The position numbers and the translations under genes are program-made. A stretch of 64,000 nt of DNA, taken from NCBI GenBank assembly GCA_965204535.1, contig CBDBEV010000001.1, positions 1,472,001-1,536,000 of the forward strand, given 5' to 3'. The notes under the pieces were generated by a model that saw only the letters and a program-made list of their open reading frames with translations, had not been told where the DNA came from and searched no databases. Of the stretch, positions 31,170 through 41,184 are shown in pieces. Numbering within the stretch: the first letter of the stretch is position 1; each line of letters opens with the position of its first letter. This DNA comes from a bacterium (lineage in GTDB: Bacteria > UBA8248).

Positions 31170-31505
31170 AGGTTGGTTCCCCTCCCGCCGCAGGCGGTCG
31201 CACTTCTCGCTGGCCTTCCTCGTACGGCCGACGACCCGTGGTTCATACCCGGCAGGAAGCCGGGGGCGCACTTCCGGAAGCTGGACGACGCCTGGCAGGC
31301 CGTCCGCTCGCGCGCGGGGCTCGAAGGCGTGCGCCTCCATGATCTTCCGCCATACGTTCGTCTCGCGCGCCCTTGCGCTCGGCGAGGGACTCACCGTGAT
31401 TGGAAAATTGCTCGGCCACGCCCGGATCGAGACCACCTCGCGCGCGATTCGGTGCGGGAGTCTGCCGAGCGGGTCGCCGCGAGCATTGCCGAATATCTGC
31501 TGTAG
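31170..31505 (+). pseudogene. Decayed copy of an integrase-2-like 3' end
   Basis: Closely similar to about 29360-29700; +1 frameshift in HDLRH; 16-bp deletion between CTCGCGC repeats removes the catalytic Tyr. Confidence 0.9.
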
Positions 31506-31555
31506 GATGCCGGACGCAACTCCCGGGAAATCCGTTCAATGATGGATGCGATTTT

Positions 31556-34393
31556 CTATATGTCCATCAGGCGATCGAAACGCCTCCTCTCCATCGCCGG
31601 CTGCCGCCCTTCACCCGGATGCAGCGCTTCGGTCTGCTTCTCCGTTCCGATGCTCCCGGCCTTGCCTGTTCCTATCGCCTCAAGCGCCGCGATCCGCTCC
31701 CCCGTCGCGGCTTCGAGCCGCTCGCGCAGGACCCCCGCGTCGTCCGTCACGAGTTCCGCCCGGTCCCGGGCGCGGCTGATCTCGACGTAGAGCGTCTTCT
31801 GGTTGGTGAGCTCGGGGTGGTTCGCCTCCATGGCGGCGATGACGGTACCGACCGTCCGGCCCTGGAAGGCGTGGACGGTCGAGGCCCAGGCGCGGTCGAC
31901 GTGGCGAAGCTGGGGATCGGCGGTCGTCATGTCGAGGACGCGTCCGTCCTCGATGCGGAAGGTGACGCGCTCGCCCCTGACGTCCATTACCTCGGCGGCC
32001 TGGCTGTTCATGAGACCGAGGTCCGGATCGTTCCGGGTCCAGCGGACCTTGTCACCCTGACGCAGTTCCATCCGCTCGACCTTGTAGACCTCGACACCGC
32101 CAGTACGCGCCGCCAGACGGCGGGGCTCCCAGCGGACTTCCTCTCCATGCCTGCCTTCGAGGATGACCGCGGCGTTCGCGTGATCGACACCCGCCACGCG
32201 CAACTCATCCCCCTTCTCGACGCCGAGACGCTTGTAGGGGCGATGGAAGGCCACCACGTCGCCCGGAGAATAGTTCGCGGCGAGCGATTTCTCGGGGTTC
32301 GTGTAGCCGCGCGAGACGAGACGCTCTGTGTGGAAAGCCGGACCGTGTACGACGCCGTCCCTGACCAGGCGCTCTCTGACGATGGCGTTGATCTGTTCAC
32401 GAATCGCGTGGCTCGGCGCCATGAGCCCGGCGTTTGCGCGCGCCTCGGGCGGGAGCGCGAGCCAGCGCGCGGCGGCGGCGCCCGCTAAGTTGTCGGGTTT
32501 CACTTCGGCCACGTTGGAACCCAGTTTCCCGAAGGCGCGCTTCACGTCGCCCGCGAGCGTGGCCTCGACGGCGGCTTTCAGGTCCTGGTCGCGCTGGCGC
32601 ATGATCTCGTCCATGGTCGCCGTCTTCATACCCGCTGCCTGCAACTGCGCGAAGGGTTTGCCGGCGTCTACGGCGTCGAGCTGTTTCTCATCACCCACGA
32701 GAACGACCCGTGGCAGACGCAAGGTGCCCGCGATACGCAATAGTTCACGTACCTCGCGCGTCGATGCGAGGGAACCCTCGTCCACGACGAGGGCTGTCTT
32801 CCCGTAGCTCGCGCGCAACTGTTTTTGGGCCTTTCTCGTGAGGCGGCCCTGGGCGACATCTGCGTTTCGCATGAGGAAGCGCTGGAGCGTCTCGCTCTCG
32901 ATCCCGGCTTCTGCTTCGAGTGTCCGCGCGGCCGAAGCCGAGGGCGCGAGGCCCCGGACCTCGTAGCCGCGCTTCTCGAACAGAGCGCGGGCGCGCTTCA
33001 GCATCCTGGTCTTGCCGGTGCCGGCGTAGCCCTGCACGCCGACGACGCGGTCGGAATCGGTGAGGATCAACTTGACGGCCTCGCGCTGGCCATGTGTCAG
33101 CGGACCATTTCTGAGCGCCTTGTCCACGGCGCGGCCGCGCATGGCGGGCGCGCCCCGTCCGCGTCCGGAATTCAGGAGGGCGATGGTCTCGCGCTCTGCC
33201 GCCGCGGCCTTCTCCGTCGTGAGCATGTCCTTCACTCCGGGCAGGTCCGCCGCGTGCAGGACGCCCGTTTTTTCGAGCCTGGCCACCTCGCGCTCCGCTC
33301 CCGCCATCGACACCGCGCCCGGCCGCCAGGCGAGCGCGCCCGCGAGCAGAGCGGCGCGGTCGAAGACGGCCTCGCGTTCCGCGAGATGCGCCACGGCCCA
33401 CTCCACGGCCTCCCGAACGGGTTCGACGTCCACGGCTCCCCGGCCGGAGTCGCGGGATACGGCGCTCCTCGCCATCGCCTGGACGGCGAGGACCCCGGCG
33501 TTGAAGTCGAGATCAGCGGCTTGTTTTTGCCACACGGCCGCGAGAGTGGTCTTGTCGACCTCTCGCTTGCGCGCGCGGGTCATGAGCGCAGCCCTCCGGG
33601 CTGCGCGCTGATTCTCCTTCGTCGCGCCGAGTCCGCGTTCGGCCATCGCGGCCTCGATCTCCGCCCGCCGGGTCGAGAACGCCTCGATCACCTCTCTCGG
33701 GACGCCCGCGACCTCGAAGCGCCCGTCGGCGTGGGTCTTCTCGATATGGTAGCCGATTCTTTCAAGTTCACCTGCGAGTTCGGTCCGGTATATCGCGCCG
33801 ATCAGCATCTTCTGCGCGTAGAGCTTCTCGTTCGACATCGTGCGCCACTTGCCGTCCGTCCCCCGCACCATGTTGGCTACAACTGAGTGCGTGTGGAGCA
33901 TGGGGTCGAGGTTGCGCGACGTATCGTGCCGGAAGGTCGCGATGACGCTCTTCTGGTCTCCCGCCCGGACCATGCGCCCGGTCCCGGGATCGCTCACCCT
34001 GGTCTCGGCGACGTTTCGCTCGGCCCAGTCGAGGGTGCGCGCCACGGCCGCGTCGTGGGCCCTGATCGCGCGCGCGTCGCCGCCGAGGTAGGCCAGCAGC
34101 GAGACGGATTTAGGCGCCGAGAGGGTGAGGTCGCGGCCGGGGCGGTGGTGGAACGACCCGTCCTTTCCCGGGCGGCCGAGCCTGCGCCCCGAACCGTCGG
34201 GCACGCGGCCCTCGAGCACCGCTCGGAATACGTCCGGGTCGACCGGACCCGAGAGTCCCAAATCCTCCGCACCCCTGCCATGCCAGGCGCTCGCCTCCCG
34301 ATGCGCCGGGTCGTCCTTCGCGTAGTAGCCGTCGCGTTCGTAATAGGACGCCCCCTGCGCGGGAGCGGCGACGGCGCCGATGGATGCGACCAT
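31556..34393 (-). CDS. traI: MOBF relaxase-helicase (TrwC/TraI-like)
   Basis: YYERDGYY, DLTLSAPKSVS, HDTSRNLDPMLHTH, FSTRR, QGYAGTGKT, VDEGS, HAFQG. Confidence 0.95.
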   Translation of the reverse strand: MVASIGAVAAPAQGASYYERDGYYAKDDPAHREASAWHGRGAEDLGLSGPVDPDVFRAVLEGRVPDGSGRRLGRPGKDGSFHHRPGRDLTLSAPKSVSLLAYLGGDARAIRAHDAAVARTLDWAERNVAETRVSDPGTGRMVRAGDQKSVIATFRHDTSRNLDPMLHTHSVVANMVRGTDGKWRTMSNEKLYAQKMLIGAIYRTELAGELERIGYHIEKTHADGRFEVAGVPREVIEAFSTRRAEIEAAMAERGLGATKENQRAARRAALMTRARKREVDKTTLAAVWQKQAADLDFNAGVLAVQAMARSAVSRDSGRGAVDVEPVREAVEWAVAHLAEREAVFDRAALLAGALAWRPGAVSMAGAEREVARLEKTGVLHAADLPGVKDMLTTEKAAAAERETIALLNSGRGRGAPAMRGRAVDKALRNGPLTHGQREAVKLILTDSDRVVGVQGYAGTGKTRMLKRARALFEKRGYEVRGLAPSASAARTLEAEAGIESETLQRFLMRNADVAQGRLTRKAQKQLRASYGKTALVVDEGSLASTREVRELLRIAGTLRLPRVVLVGDEKQLDAVDAGKPFAQLQAAGMKTATMDEIMRQRDQDLKAAVEATLAGDVKRAFGKLGSNVAEVKPDNLAGAAAARWLALPPEARANAGLMAPSHAIREQINAIVRERLVRDGVVHGPAFHTERLVSRGYTNPEKSLAANYSPGDVVAFHRPYKRLGVEKGDELRVAGVDHANAAVILEGRHGEEVRWEPRRLAARTGGVEVYKVERMELRQGDKVRWTRNDPDLGLMNSQAAEVMDVRGERVTFRIEDGRVLDMTTADPQLRHVDRAWASTVHAFQGRTVGTVIAAMEANHPELTNQKTLYVEISRARDRAELVTDDAGVLRERLEAATGERIAALEAIGTGKAGSIGTEKQTEALHPGEGRQPAMERRRFDRLMDI

Positions 34394-34394
34394 A

Positions 34395-36335
34395 TCAGTA
34401 GCTCCTCAGGCGATTGCCTTGCGGCTCCCCGGAGCCGGACGGATCGCCACCGTTATTTTCCGGAAGGGGAGGAGTCGAGCCGTTTTCAGGGTCTGTTTCG
34501 TGACCACCGGCCGGAGCAGTCTCCTCATCGGAGGGAGCGTTCACGGTTTCGGGCGCTTCGGTTCCCGCGCCGTCCTTCAAATCAGGAAGCGTTGCGTCAT
34601 CGCGCGGAATAAAACTCTCGGCCGCCTTGGCTCTATTCACGTAGTCGAGCTCGATGCGGGCCACCGGCCAGGGGCCGGGGAACTTGAGGTAGCCGTGCAG
34701 ATTCTCAAGACGCATGATCTCGGAAGGCAGGGCCAGAGGGCGCATCTCGCGGCGCTGCGTGAGCGAGACGCCGTCGCGCATGGCGCTCGCCCCGTAGCTG
34801 AGCCCCTCCGCGTATTCCGTGACCTCGCCGCGGCCCAGGCTCTCGGCCGACCAGCGCGCCGTCTCCTGGTCGGGCGCCGCCAGCACCACCCGGGTGCCGC
34901 ACAGGCCCGATACCGTCTCTGCGCCGTTTCGCCCGTAGAGGTCGCGAAGAGCCGATATCACCTGGATCCCCAGCACGAAACACCCCCCGAACTGGCGCGA
35001 TTCGGCGAGGCCGGGTTGCAGGCTCGGCACCTGGTGGAGGGTGGGGAGTTCGTCCAGCACAATCCAGACACGGCGCTCATCGTCCCGGCCGAGGGAGAGG
35101 AGCGCGTTCACGGCGATCTCGATCCAGGTCGAGATGAGGCCCCGGAGGCTCTCGTGCTGGTCGCCGCGCGAGGTCAGGAACAGGAAACCGGTCTCGTCCT
35201 CGCGCTCCACCCACTCCCTTATCGAGAAGGGCTTGCCTGAGTCGAGCAGGCATTCGAGCGCGCCCAGGTGCGCGGTCAGCATGGCGCGCACCGAGAGCGC
35301 GGTCTTGGGGTTCTCGGGGTCCACGATGGACTGCGCCACCGTGCCCTCCATGGCCTCGGCCAGGGAGGTGAGTTCGGTCTTGAGCAGGTGCTCGACGAGT
35401 ATCCGGTTCTCCGTCACGCCGCGCTTCCAGAGGACGCCCGCGCCGTTCGCGAACAGCTGCCGGGCGGCCGTGACCCAGAAGGGGTCCACCGTGTCCTTCT
35501 GCTGTGGGATCAGGGCGGCCGCCATCGTGTCGAAATCCCTGGGCGTCCTGGCTTCCAGGAAGGGCGACCAGCGCGGCGCGCGGGCGTCGAGGGGATTCAT
35601 CAGGACGTCGCGGGCGGGGTCAAAGAAGGCCCGCGTGTAGCTTCCCATCTTGTCGTAAAGGATGCAGCGCTCGCCCCGCTCCCTGATCTGGGCGACCAGG
35701 TCCGATATCAGGACGGTCTTGCCCGAACCCGTGGTGCCCGAGACGATGGTGTGCTGTGTCTCGGCGCGCTCGGGCCAGGGGACGCCCGCGACGCGGGGCC
35801 GCGTCCGCAACATGGAAGGGAACGCCGCTCCTGCAATTCTTGTGCAAAGCGGAAGCACGCGCCTTCCGAGCGCCTGCGCCGTGGTCATTTCCGCGCCCCG
35901 AATCCGCCTCGCGCGTGCCATGCGCCTGCCCAGCAGCCAGAAGGTGACGATGAATGCGGCGACACACGAGAGCCCCAGCCAGAGGCCCAGCCACGCTTTC
36001 GTATGAATGGTAGCGAGAAACCGCTTTCTGATACGCTCGATTCTGGGGTCGGACGCGATCAGGGAGATGGATTCGATCACCTGCACGCCTTCTCCCCACT
36101 CGTAGACCTGGCCCGAATCGGGAGAATAGCCGATGGCGAGCTTGGTCTCGGCGAGGGTCCCGAGTCCCACGACGCGCCATTCGTGCGCGCTCGTCGTCGT
36201 GAAGAGGCTCACCGCAGGGGTCAGGACGATGCTCAGTACGAGTCCCAGAATCCCCCAGCGCGCGAGCTGACCCCACATGCGGGCGTCGTGCAGCAGCGTC
36301 TGGCCGCCGCGAAGGGTGGCGTTTCCGATGGTCAT
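34395..36335 (-). CDS. traD: Type IV coupling protein
   Basis: Two TM segments, GTTGSGKT, YDKMG, LDELPTL; GGAGGAG RBS before ATG 36335. Confidence 0.93.
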   Translation of the reverse strand: MTIGNATLRGGQTLLHDARMWGQLARWGILGLVLSIVLTPAVSLFTTTSAHEWRVVGLGTLAETKLAIGYSPDSGQVYEWGEGVQVIESISLIASDPRIERIRKRFLATIHTKAWLGLWLGLSCVAAFIVTFWLLGRRMARARRIRGAEMTTAQALGRRVLPLCTRIAGAAFPSMLRTRPRVAGVPWPERAETQHTIVSGTTGSGKTVLISDLVAQIRERGERCILYDKMGSYTRAFFDPARDVLMNPLDARAPRWSPFLEARTPRDFDTMAAALIPQQKDTVDPFWVTAARQLFANGAGVLWKRGVTENRILVEHLLKTELTSLAEAMEGTVAQSIVDPENPKTALSVRAMLTAHLGALECLLDSGKPFSIREWVEREDETGFLFLTSRGDQHESLRGLISTWIEIAVNALLSLGRDDERRVWIVLDELPTLHQVPSLQPGLAESRQFGGCFVLGIQVISALRDLYGRNGAETVSGLCGTRVVLAAPDQETARWSAESLGRGEVTEYAEGLSYGASAMRDGVSLTQRREMRPLALPSEIMRLENLHGYLKFPGPWPVARIELDYVNRAKAAESFIPRDDATLPDLKDGAGTEAPETVNAPSDEETAPAGGHETDPENGSTPPLPENNGGDPSGSGEPQGNRLRSY

Positions 36336-36501
36336 TTTCTCCTCCCGTTCAAGTTTTGATGAGCAAAAGTGTTTCGGGTGATTCCGGCCCGCGATGCGCC
36401 GGGCAGAGGCCGGGGAGAGAGACCTGAGGGAGCGGGTACGGGGCCGGGAGAGAGACGGCCGCGCCCGCAACAATCGACTCACGACCTGGGAGGAGCCATC
36501 C

Positions 36502-36849
36502 ATGAAAAACCGAAGACCATCCGCTTTGGCCCATTGTCTGGTCCTCTCCGGACCCGCAATCGCTTTTCTCTTCACCCTCTGCGTCCTCGCGTCCGGGAGA
36601 GGAGCGAGCCTGCTGTTCGCCGTCTGGTTCATCGCCGTGATCTGGAGTTTTCTCACGGCGCTTGCGGGCGCCCTGTGGTGGGCGTATCGCGGCGACCGGT
36701 CCGCCTTCACCGGCTACACGCTTCCTGAAAAAGACATCGATCGCTTCGAGTGGGCTTCCCGCACGGGGCGTTACGCCTGGCGCCGTGATTACGAGGAGGG
36801 GGGGCTTTACGATGACGATGGTCCCTTCGGTCACGGCCCCATCACCTGA
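36502..36849 (+). CDS. Small membrane protein, candidate entry-exclusion factor
   Basis: GGAGGAG RBS, two TM segments, convergent with and overlapping the traG 3' end. Confidence 0.6.
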   Translation: MKNRRPSALAHCLVLSGPAIAFLFTLCVLASGRGASLLFAVWFIAVIWSFLTALAGALWWAYRGDRSAFTGYTLPEKDIDRFEWASRTGRYAWRRDYEEGGLYDDDGPFGHGPIT

Positions 36850-39752
36850 TCGCCAGAAAAACCGCTCCCGCTTTCCTTCTTCCTCTCAGAGGTGGACTCG
36901 AGTTTCTTTCCCGCTTCTTCCTGCGACACGTTGCGCGCCGTGCCGTAGAGTTTCCCGCCCATCCATTCGCCCACGACGGGCAGGTCCCTGACGACATGCT
37001 CACCGAGGGGTTTTTCGGTCTCCTCTGCCACCTTGGGACGCCCCTCCTTGATGGATTCCCCCGCCACGCCCGCGCGGGCCGTACGTCCTGCCTCCCTGAT
37101 GTCCAGTTCGGTCTCTATCTCCGCGCGCCCGCGCGCGGCCCGCCTGCCTGCTCCGCCCGGCCGGGGCGCGCCTGCGCCGCTTGCCTTTTCGCGCACCGAT
37201 GTCGACCAGTCATTCCACGCCGCGTCCGTCCCACCCGCTTCGCGCAATCCTTCCCTCGCATGATCGAATTCTGCTCGACCCGGCGCCGGCTCCACCCCTC
37301 CGCCCGCCGGAAAACGCTCCGCGATGAAGGCGGCGGCATGGGCGCGCAGCACTTCCGCGTCTTCCGTCGTCTGAGGCGATGCCAGGCGCATCGCGCCCGC
37401 GGCGCCTATCTCGCGCCCGTCCGCGCCCACCCGCGTCGTGAGCCACGTGAAGAAGGGCTGTCCGAGTTCGCTCTCTATCGATCGCGCGTTTGCGCGCACC
37501 TCGGCCGCCTGCGTGCTCCAGTTTTCCGCCTCGCGCCTGCTCACCGCCTCCTGCTCGCTGAAGCGCCGCATGCGCGTGAGATTGGCGCCCATACTCTCCT
37601 CCAGGCTTTTCATCTCGCTCTCGCCGGTTGCGCTCGTGTAGCGCCTCGAAGCGTCCGCCACGCGCGACCAGAGGTCGAGCAGGCCGCTCTGGCCCGCGTA
37701 GTCCGTCATCCGGTTCCAGGCCTCGCGCGAGAACGTCTGTCCGCGCCAACTCGCGGATCCGTCGGCGCCTATCCTGACGATGAAGTCGAAGCCGCCTCCC
37801 ACCCTGGCCTCGCTCGTGAGACTTGCCGCCTGCTCCTTCGTGATGCCGCCGGCCTGGGATAGTTTTTCGATATGGGATTCGAGGCGCTGCGCGCCCGCGT
37901 TCTCGCTCTCGGCGACGCCCCGCGCGTGGGTGACGCCGCTTCTCACGTCATGAGAGAACCGCTCGACCATGGCGGCCGAATCGGTCGCGGCGGCCGTTCT
38001 GGCTGTGGCCGCCTCGGCCGAGAAGTGGCGGGCCTGCTCGATTGCGGCGCCCGCACGGACCTCGTGGCTCTGGGCCAGGGATTCAGACAGCCTGACGCCC
38101 GCCGCAGGCACACGGCTCGTCGCGGAGCCGGCGTCCATGACGGCGGCGCCCTCTGCCGTCACGGTGTAGGCGGCGCCGCCGGGAGCGAAGCCGGTGTACC
38201 TCCCTGTGTCCACCTGCGCGGAGGTCCTGACCTGGTGACCTTCAATCGAGGCGAAGCGGTGCGTGTCCGCGCTCGTGTTACCGAGCGAGATGTTGCCCGT
38301 CGTACCCTCCTGCGCGGCGGACGAGGCGGCCTCCTGTCCGACCGAAAGCACCGAAGTGGCGAGCGAGGTCGCGCGGCCCACCCCGTAAGCGAGAGCCGCC
38401 GCGAGGAAGGGCACCGACATCGAGAGGTAGCCCGACATCACGGCCACGTCGGCCGCCACGGCCCTGATACCCGCCTGCGCCACGAGCGAAACGCCTATGT
38501 CGCCTCCCGGCATGAGAGCGGCCGCGCCCATGCGCTGCGCCGCCTCGCCCATGGCAACCCGGTGGAGGATTGCGTAGAGCGGACCCCAGCTTTGCAGCCA
38601 CACCAGGCCCGAGAAGTATGAACGGAATATCGACCCGCCCGCAGGGGTGAGCATCAACAGGACCGCCAGCGGAAACGCCCCCACGTAGAGGCACTCGAAG
38701 ACGATCCGCAGCATCGGCACCCAGGTCTCCGCCTGTCTCCCGATCGCCCGGTAGGCCGATACGGTCTGGGCTTGGGCGCGGGCCTCGGTGTAGGATCTGA
38801 GCGCCGCGGCGTTTCCCGTTTCCGTATTCCACTGCTCGCCCGCGTCGTGCACGGCGTTCAGCACCATCTGCTGGCGCAGCACCTCGGCGGCTGAGCGCGA
38901 CGCCCCGATCAGGAAATCGTGCGCCGCCGGAAGCGCCGCCATGAGTTCGGCCCGCGCGAGCGCCTCGCTCGCGGCCCCGGGGAAGAGCCTCATCCCGAAT
39001 ACGCCGGTCGCCCTCGTGACCTCCGCCGCCCAGAGGGCGTCGAGGCGCGAGGCGGCCGTAGCGCAGGTCACGATCTCCCGGTCCAGCGTCGTGGCGCCCG
39101 TGCCCGAGGCCGCGCCCCGGCTCACGTATTCCACCATGCGCGCGGGCGAGGCGCCCGCAGACGGCGAGCCCGGGGCGGTGACGAGCGCCCAGAGGTCCGT
39201 GCTCTCGCGCAGGTCATCCGCCGATATGTGGCCGAGCAGCAGGGCGTGGAACACGCATTGTCTCGCGTAGGCCCTCAGGTTCCGGGCGAAGACGGCGTCG
39301 GTCACCTCCATCCGGGTCGTTGCGGCCGCGAGCCTGGCGCCGAAGATGAGCCCGTGTCGGCGGTAGGCGAGGTCGGCCGGAAGGGAGAAGGCCTGTTCGG
39401 TCAGGCGCGTGAGCCCGTCTCCCACCCGGCTCGTGAGCGAGGCGAACAGCGCAAGGCCCAGCGGCACGTTCGCAACGACCGCGGGCGCCAGGGCCGGGTC
39501 CAGCCTGTCCACCACGCGCACCGTCGCCCTGGGAACCACCAGCGCGCCCCAGACGCAGACGAAGAGCAGCAGCCACCTGGCGTTGTCCTTCCATGACCCG
39601 CCGAAAGCGGTGCGGAAGAGCGCCCAGGCGAGTCCCGAGACCCCCGCGATCCGGGCGAGCGTGACGAAGGCGCCGCCTCCCGTGATGGCGGCGACGGCGT
39701 TCAGGAGGTCGACCAGGTAGGTTCCGCCTCCCAGGGTGAAGATTTCATACAT
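36831..39752 (-). CDS. traG: F-type mating-pair stabilisation protein TraG
   Basis: MYEIFTLGGG..L..LLNAVAA, VANVPLGLA, WLQSWGPLYAIL. Confidence 0.92.
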   Translation of the reverse strand: MYEIFTLGGGTYLVDLLNAVAAITGGGAFVTLARIAGVSGLAWALFRTAFGGSWKDNARWLLLFVCVWGALVVPRATVRVVDRLDPALAPAVVANVPLGLALFASLTSRVGDGLTRLTEQAFSLPADLAYRRHGLIFGARLAAATTRMEVTDAVFARNLRAYARQCVFHALLLGHISADDLRESTDLWALVTAPGSPSAGASPARMVEYVSRGAASGTGATTLDREIVTCATAASRLDALWAAEVTRATGVFGMRLFPGAASEALARAELMAALPAAHDFLIGASRSAAEVLRQQMVLNAVHDAGEQWNTETGNAAALRSYTEARAQAQTVSAYRAIGRQAETWVPMLRIVFECLYVGAFPLAVLLMLTPAGGSIFRSYFSGLVWLQSWGPLYAILHRVAMGEAAQRMGAAALMPGGDIGVSLVAQAGIRAVAADVAVMSGYLSMSVPFLAAALAYGVGRATSLATSVLSVGQEAASSAAQEGTTGNISLGNTSADTHRFASIEGHQVRTSAQVDTGRYTGFAPGGAAYTVTAEGAAVMDAGSATSRVPAAGVRLSESLAQSHEVRAGAAIEQARHFSAEAATARTAAATDSAAMVERFSHDVRSGVTHARGVAESENAGAQRLESHIEKLSQAGGITKEQAASLTSEARVGGGFDFIVRIGADGSASWRGQTFSREAWNRMTDYAGQSGLLDLWSRVADASRRYTSATGESEMKSLEESMGANLTRMRRFSEQEAVSRREAENWSTQAAEVRANARSIESELGQPFFTWLTTRVGADGREIGAAGAMRLASPQTTEDAEVLRAHAAAFIAERFPAGGGVEPAPGRAEFDHAREGLREAGGTDAAWNDWSTSVREKASGAGAPRPGGAGRRAARGRAEIETELDIREAGRTARAGVAGESIKEGRPKVAEETEKPLGEHVVRDLPVVGEWMGGKLYGTARNVSQEEAGKKLESTSERKKESGSGFSGDQVMGP

Positions 39753-39771
39753 GGGTTGTCTCTCTCCGTCG

Positions 39772-41184
39772 CTATCTCGAGGCCCCGGCGCCGCGCGTGA
39801 AGGCGAGCGCGGCTCTGAGATCCGCCGAGAGCGCACCGCTAAGTTCGGTCTCGATGAGGCGTAGCTTCTCGACCACGGCCAGGGCGGTGTTGAACCGCTT
39901 GAGACCCTCGTTCCGGTGGCGCGCGAGGGCGGCGCGGTTCCTGCGCAGTCCCTCGCGCCAGCGCGTGAGACGCTCGCCGTCCGCGATGTCCATCGAGCCC
40001 GCGCGCTCCTCGATCGCGCGGTGAAGGTCCGATATCCATACCTGGAGCACGTCGAGCGCCACGGCTTCGGCCAGCGCGTCCACCTCCTGCTCCACCACGG
40101 CGCCGCGGTAGGCGGCGGCCGCGTTCACGAGCCGGTAGACCGGCAGCGTCGTGAGGTTCACGAGTCCCAGCGCGTCGGCGGGTGGCGCCGTGTCCGTCCG
40201 CACCGCATCGACCAGGCGCCGGAGCAGTTCCGCGACCCGGTTCCGGAAACCCCGCGCCGCGGGCACCGTGAGGCGACCGAGTGTGGGGTTGAGACACTCG
40301 ACGGGAGTGTCGCAGCGGTAGACGGGCAGGTTGCCGCCGCCTTCCATCAGGATTTCGGTCACCCTTCTGTCCAGCGCCAGGGGTTCGAGCACGCGCACGC
40401 GGGGACCGGACGTGTCCGAATCCGTAACCGGCGCCGTCACGATGACGGAGCCCGCGACCGACATGGCGAATTCCCCTAAATCGCGGTCCGAAGCCAGGAA
40501 GCTCGAGGCCCTTACCGCGCGCCAGGCGTAGTTCACGTTGACGGGCGCCTGTTCCCTGAGCGGCCCCGATGCCGCGGCCAGGGTCGAATTGCGTTTCCCG
40601 TCCGCGCCGCAACCGTGGCGCGCGGCGGCGTAGTCCGAAAAAATCCCCTGCCTTGTTCCAATCGCGGCGCATATCGCGGCGCTCGCCCGGTCGTTCTTGG
40701 ACCAGACCGCGCCGACGAGCGCCTGGGCCGTCTCGCAGGAGTTCAGGTTCTGGTTGTTCACCCACTGCGCCAGGGCGCGGAGTTTCGACATGGTCTCGGC
40801 GATCACGGGCGAGATGGTCTCGAGCGCGAGTTCGAAGGCAAAGCCCGCCGCGTTCTGCGCCACGGCGCGGGCGAAGGCGATCATCTGGTCCGAATCGATG
40901 AAGGAAAACGCGCCCGCGAACGCGTCGATGCCCCCGCAGCCCGCGCGGTATGAGGGAAGACTCACCGTCGCGATCGACTCGGAGCGCACGGGCGCTCTCA
41001 AATAAAGGTTCCCGAGCGTCCAGTGGCCGGACGCCTGGCCGTCGAATGCGGTGGGTCCGGTCGTGTTCACCGCGGCGCCCCGCCAGAAGTTCTCCATCTC
41101 CGACAGGACGTCCGCGCGGGCGGGGGCAGTAAATAAGAACGCGGCGCCCAGGACGAACAGCATGAAAATCCGTCTAGTAGTCAC
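39772..41184 (-). CDS. traH: TraH pilus assembly protein
   Basis: PSYRAGCGGIDAFAGAFSFI, NSCETAQALV. Confidence 0.93.
   Translation of the reverse strand: MTTRRIFMLFVLGAAFLFTAPARADVLSEMENFWRGAAVNTTGPTAFDGQASGHWTLGNLYLRAPVRSESIATVSLPSYRAGCGGIDAFAGAFSFIDSDQMIAFARAVAQNAAGFAFELALETISPVIAETMSKLRALAQWVNNQNLNSCETAQALVGAVWSKNDRASAAICAAIGTRQGIFSDYAAARHGCGADGKRNSTLAAASGPLREQAPVNVNYAWRAVRASSFLASDRDLGEFAMSVAGSVIVTAPVTDSDTSGPRVRVLEPLALDRRVTEILMEGGGNLPVYRCDTPVECLNPTLGRLTVPAARGFRNRVAELLRRLVDAVRTDTAPPADALGLVNLTTLPVYRLVNAAAAYRGAVVEQEVDALAEAVALDVLQVWISDLHRAIEERAGSMDIADGERLTRWREGLRRNRAALARHRNEGLKRFNTALAVVEKLRLIETELSGALSADLRAALAFTRGAGASR

Noticed and set aside
36336-36710. N-terminal extension of traD in the ORF track
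   Set aside because: Strong RBS at 36335 start; extension overlaps the opposite-strand membrane gene and its leader
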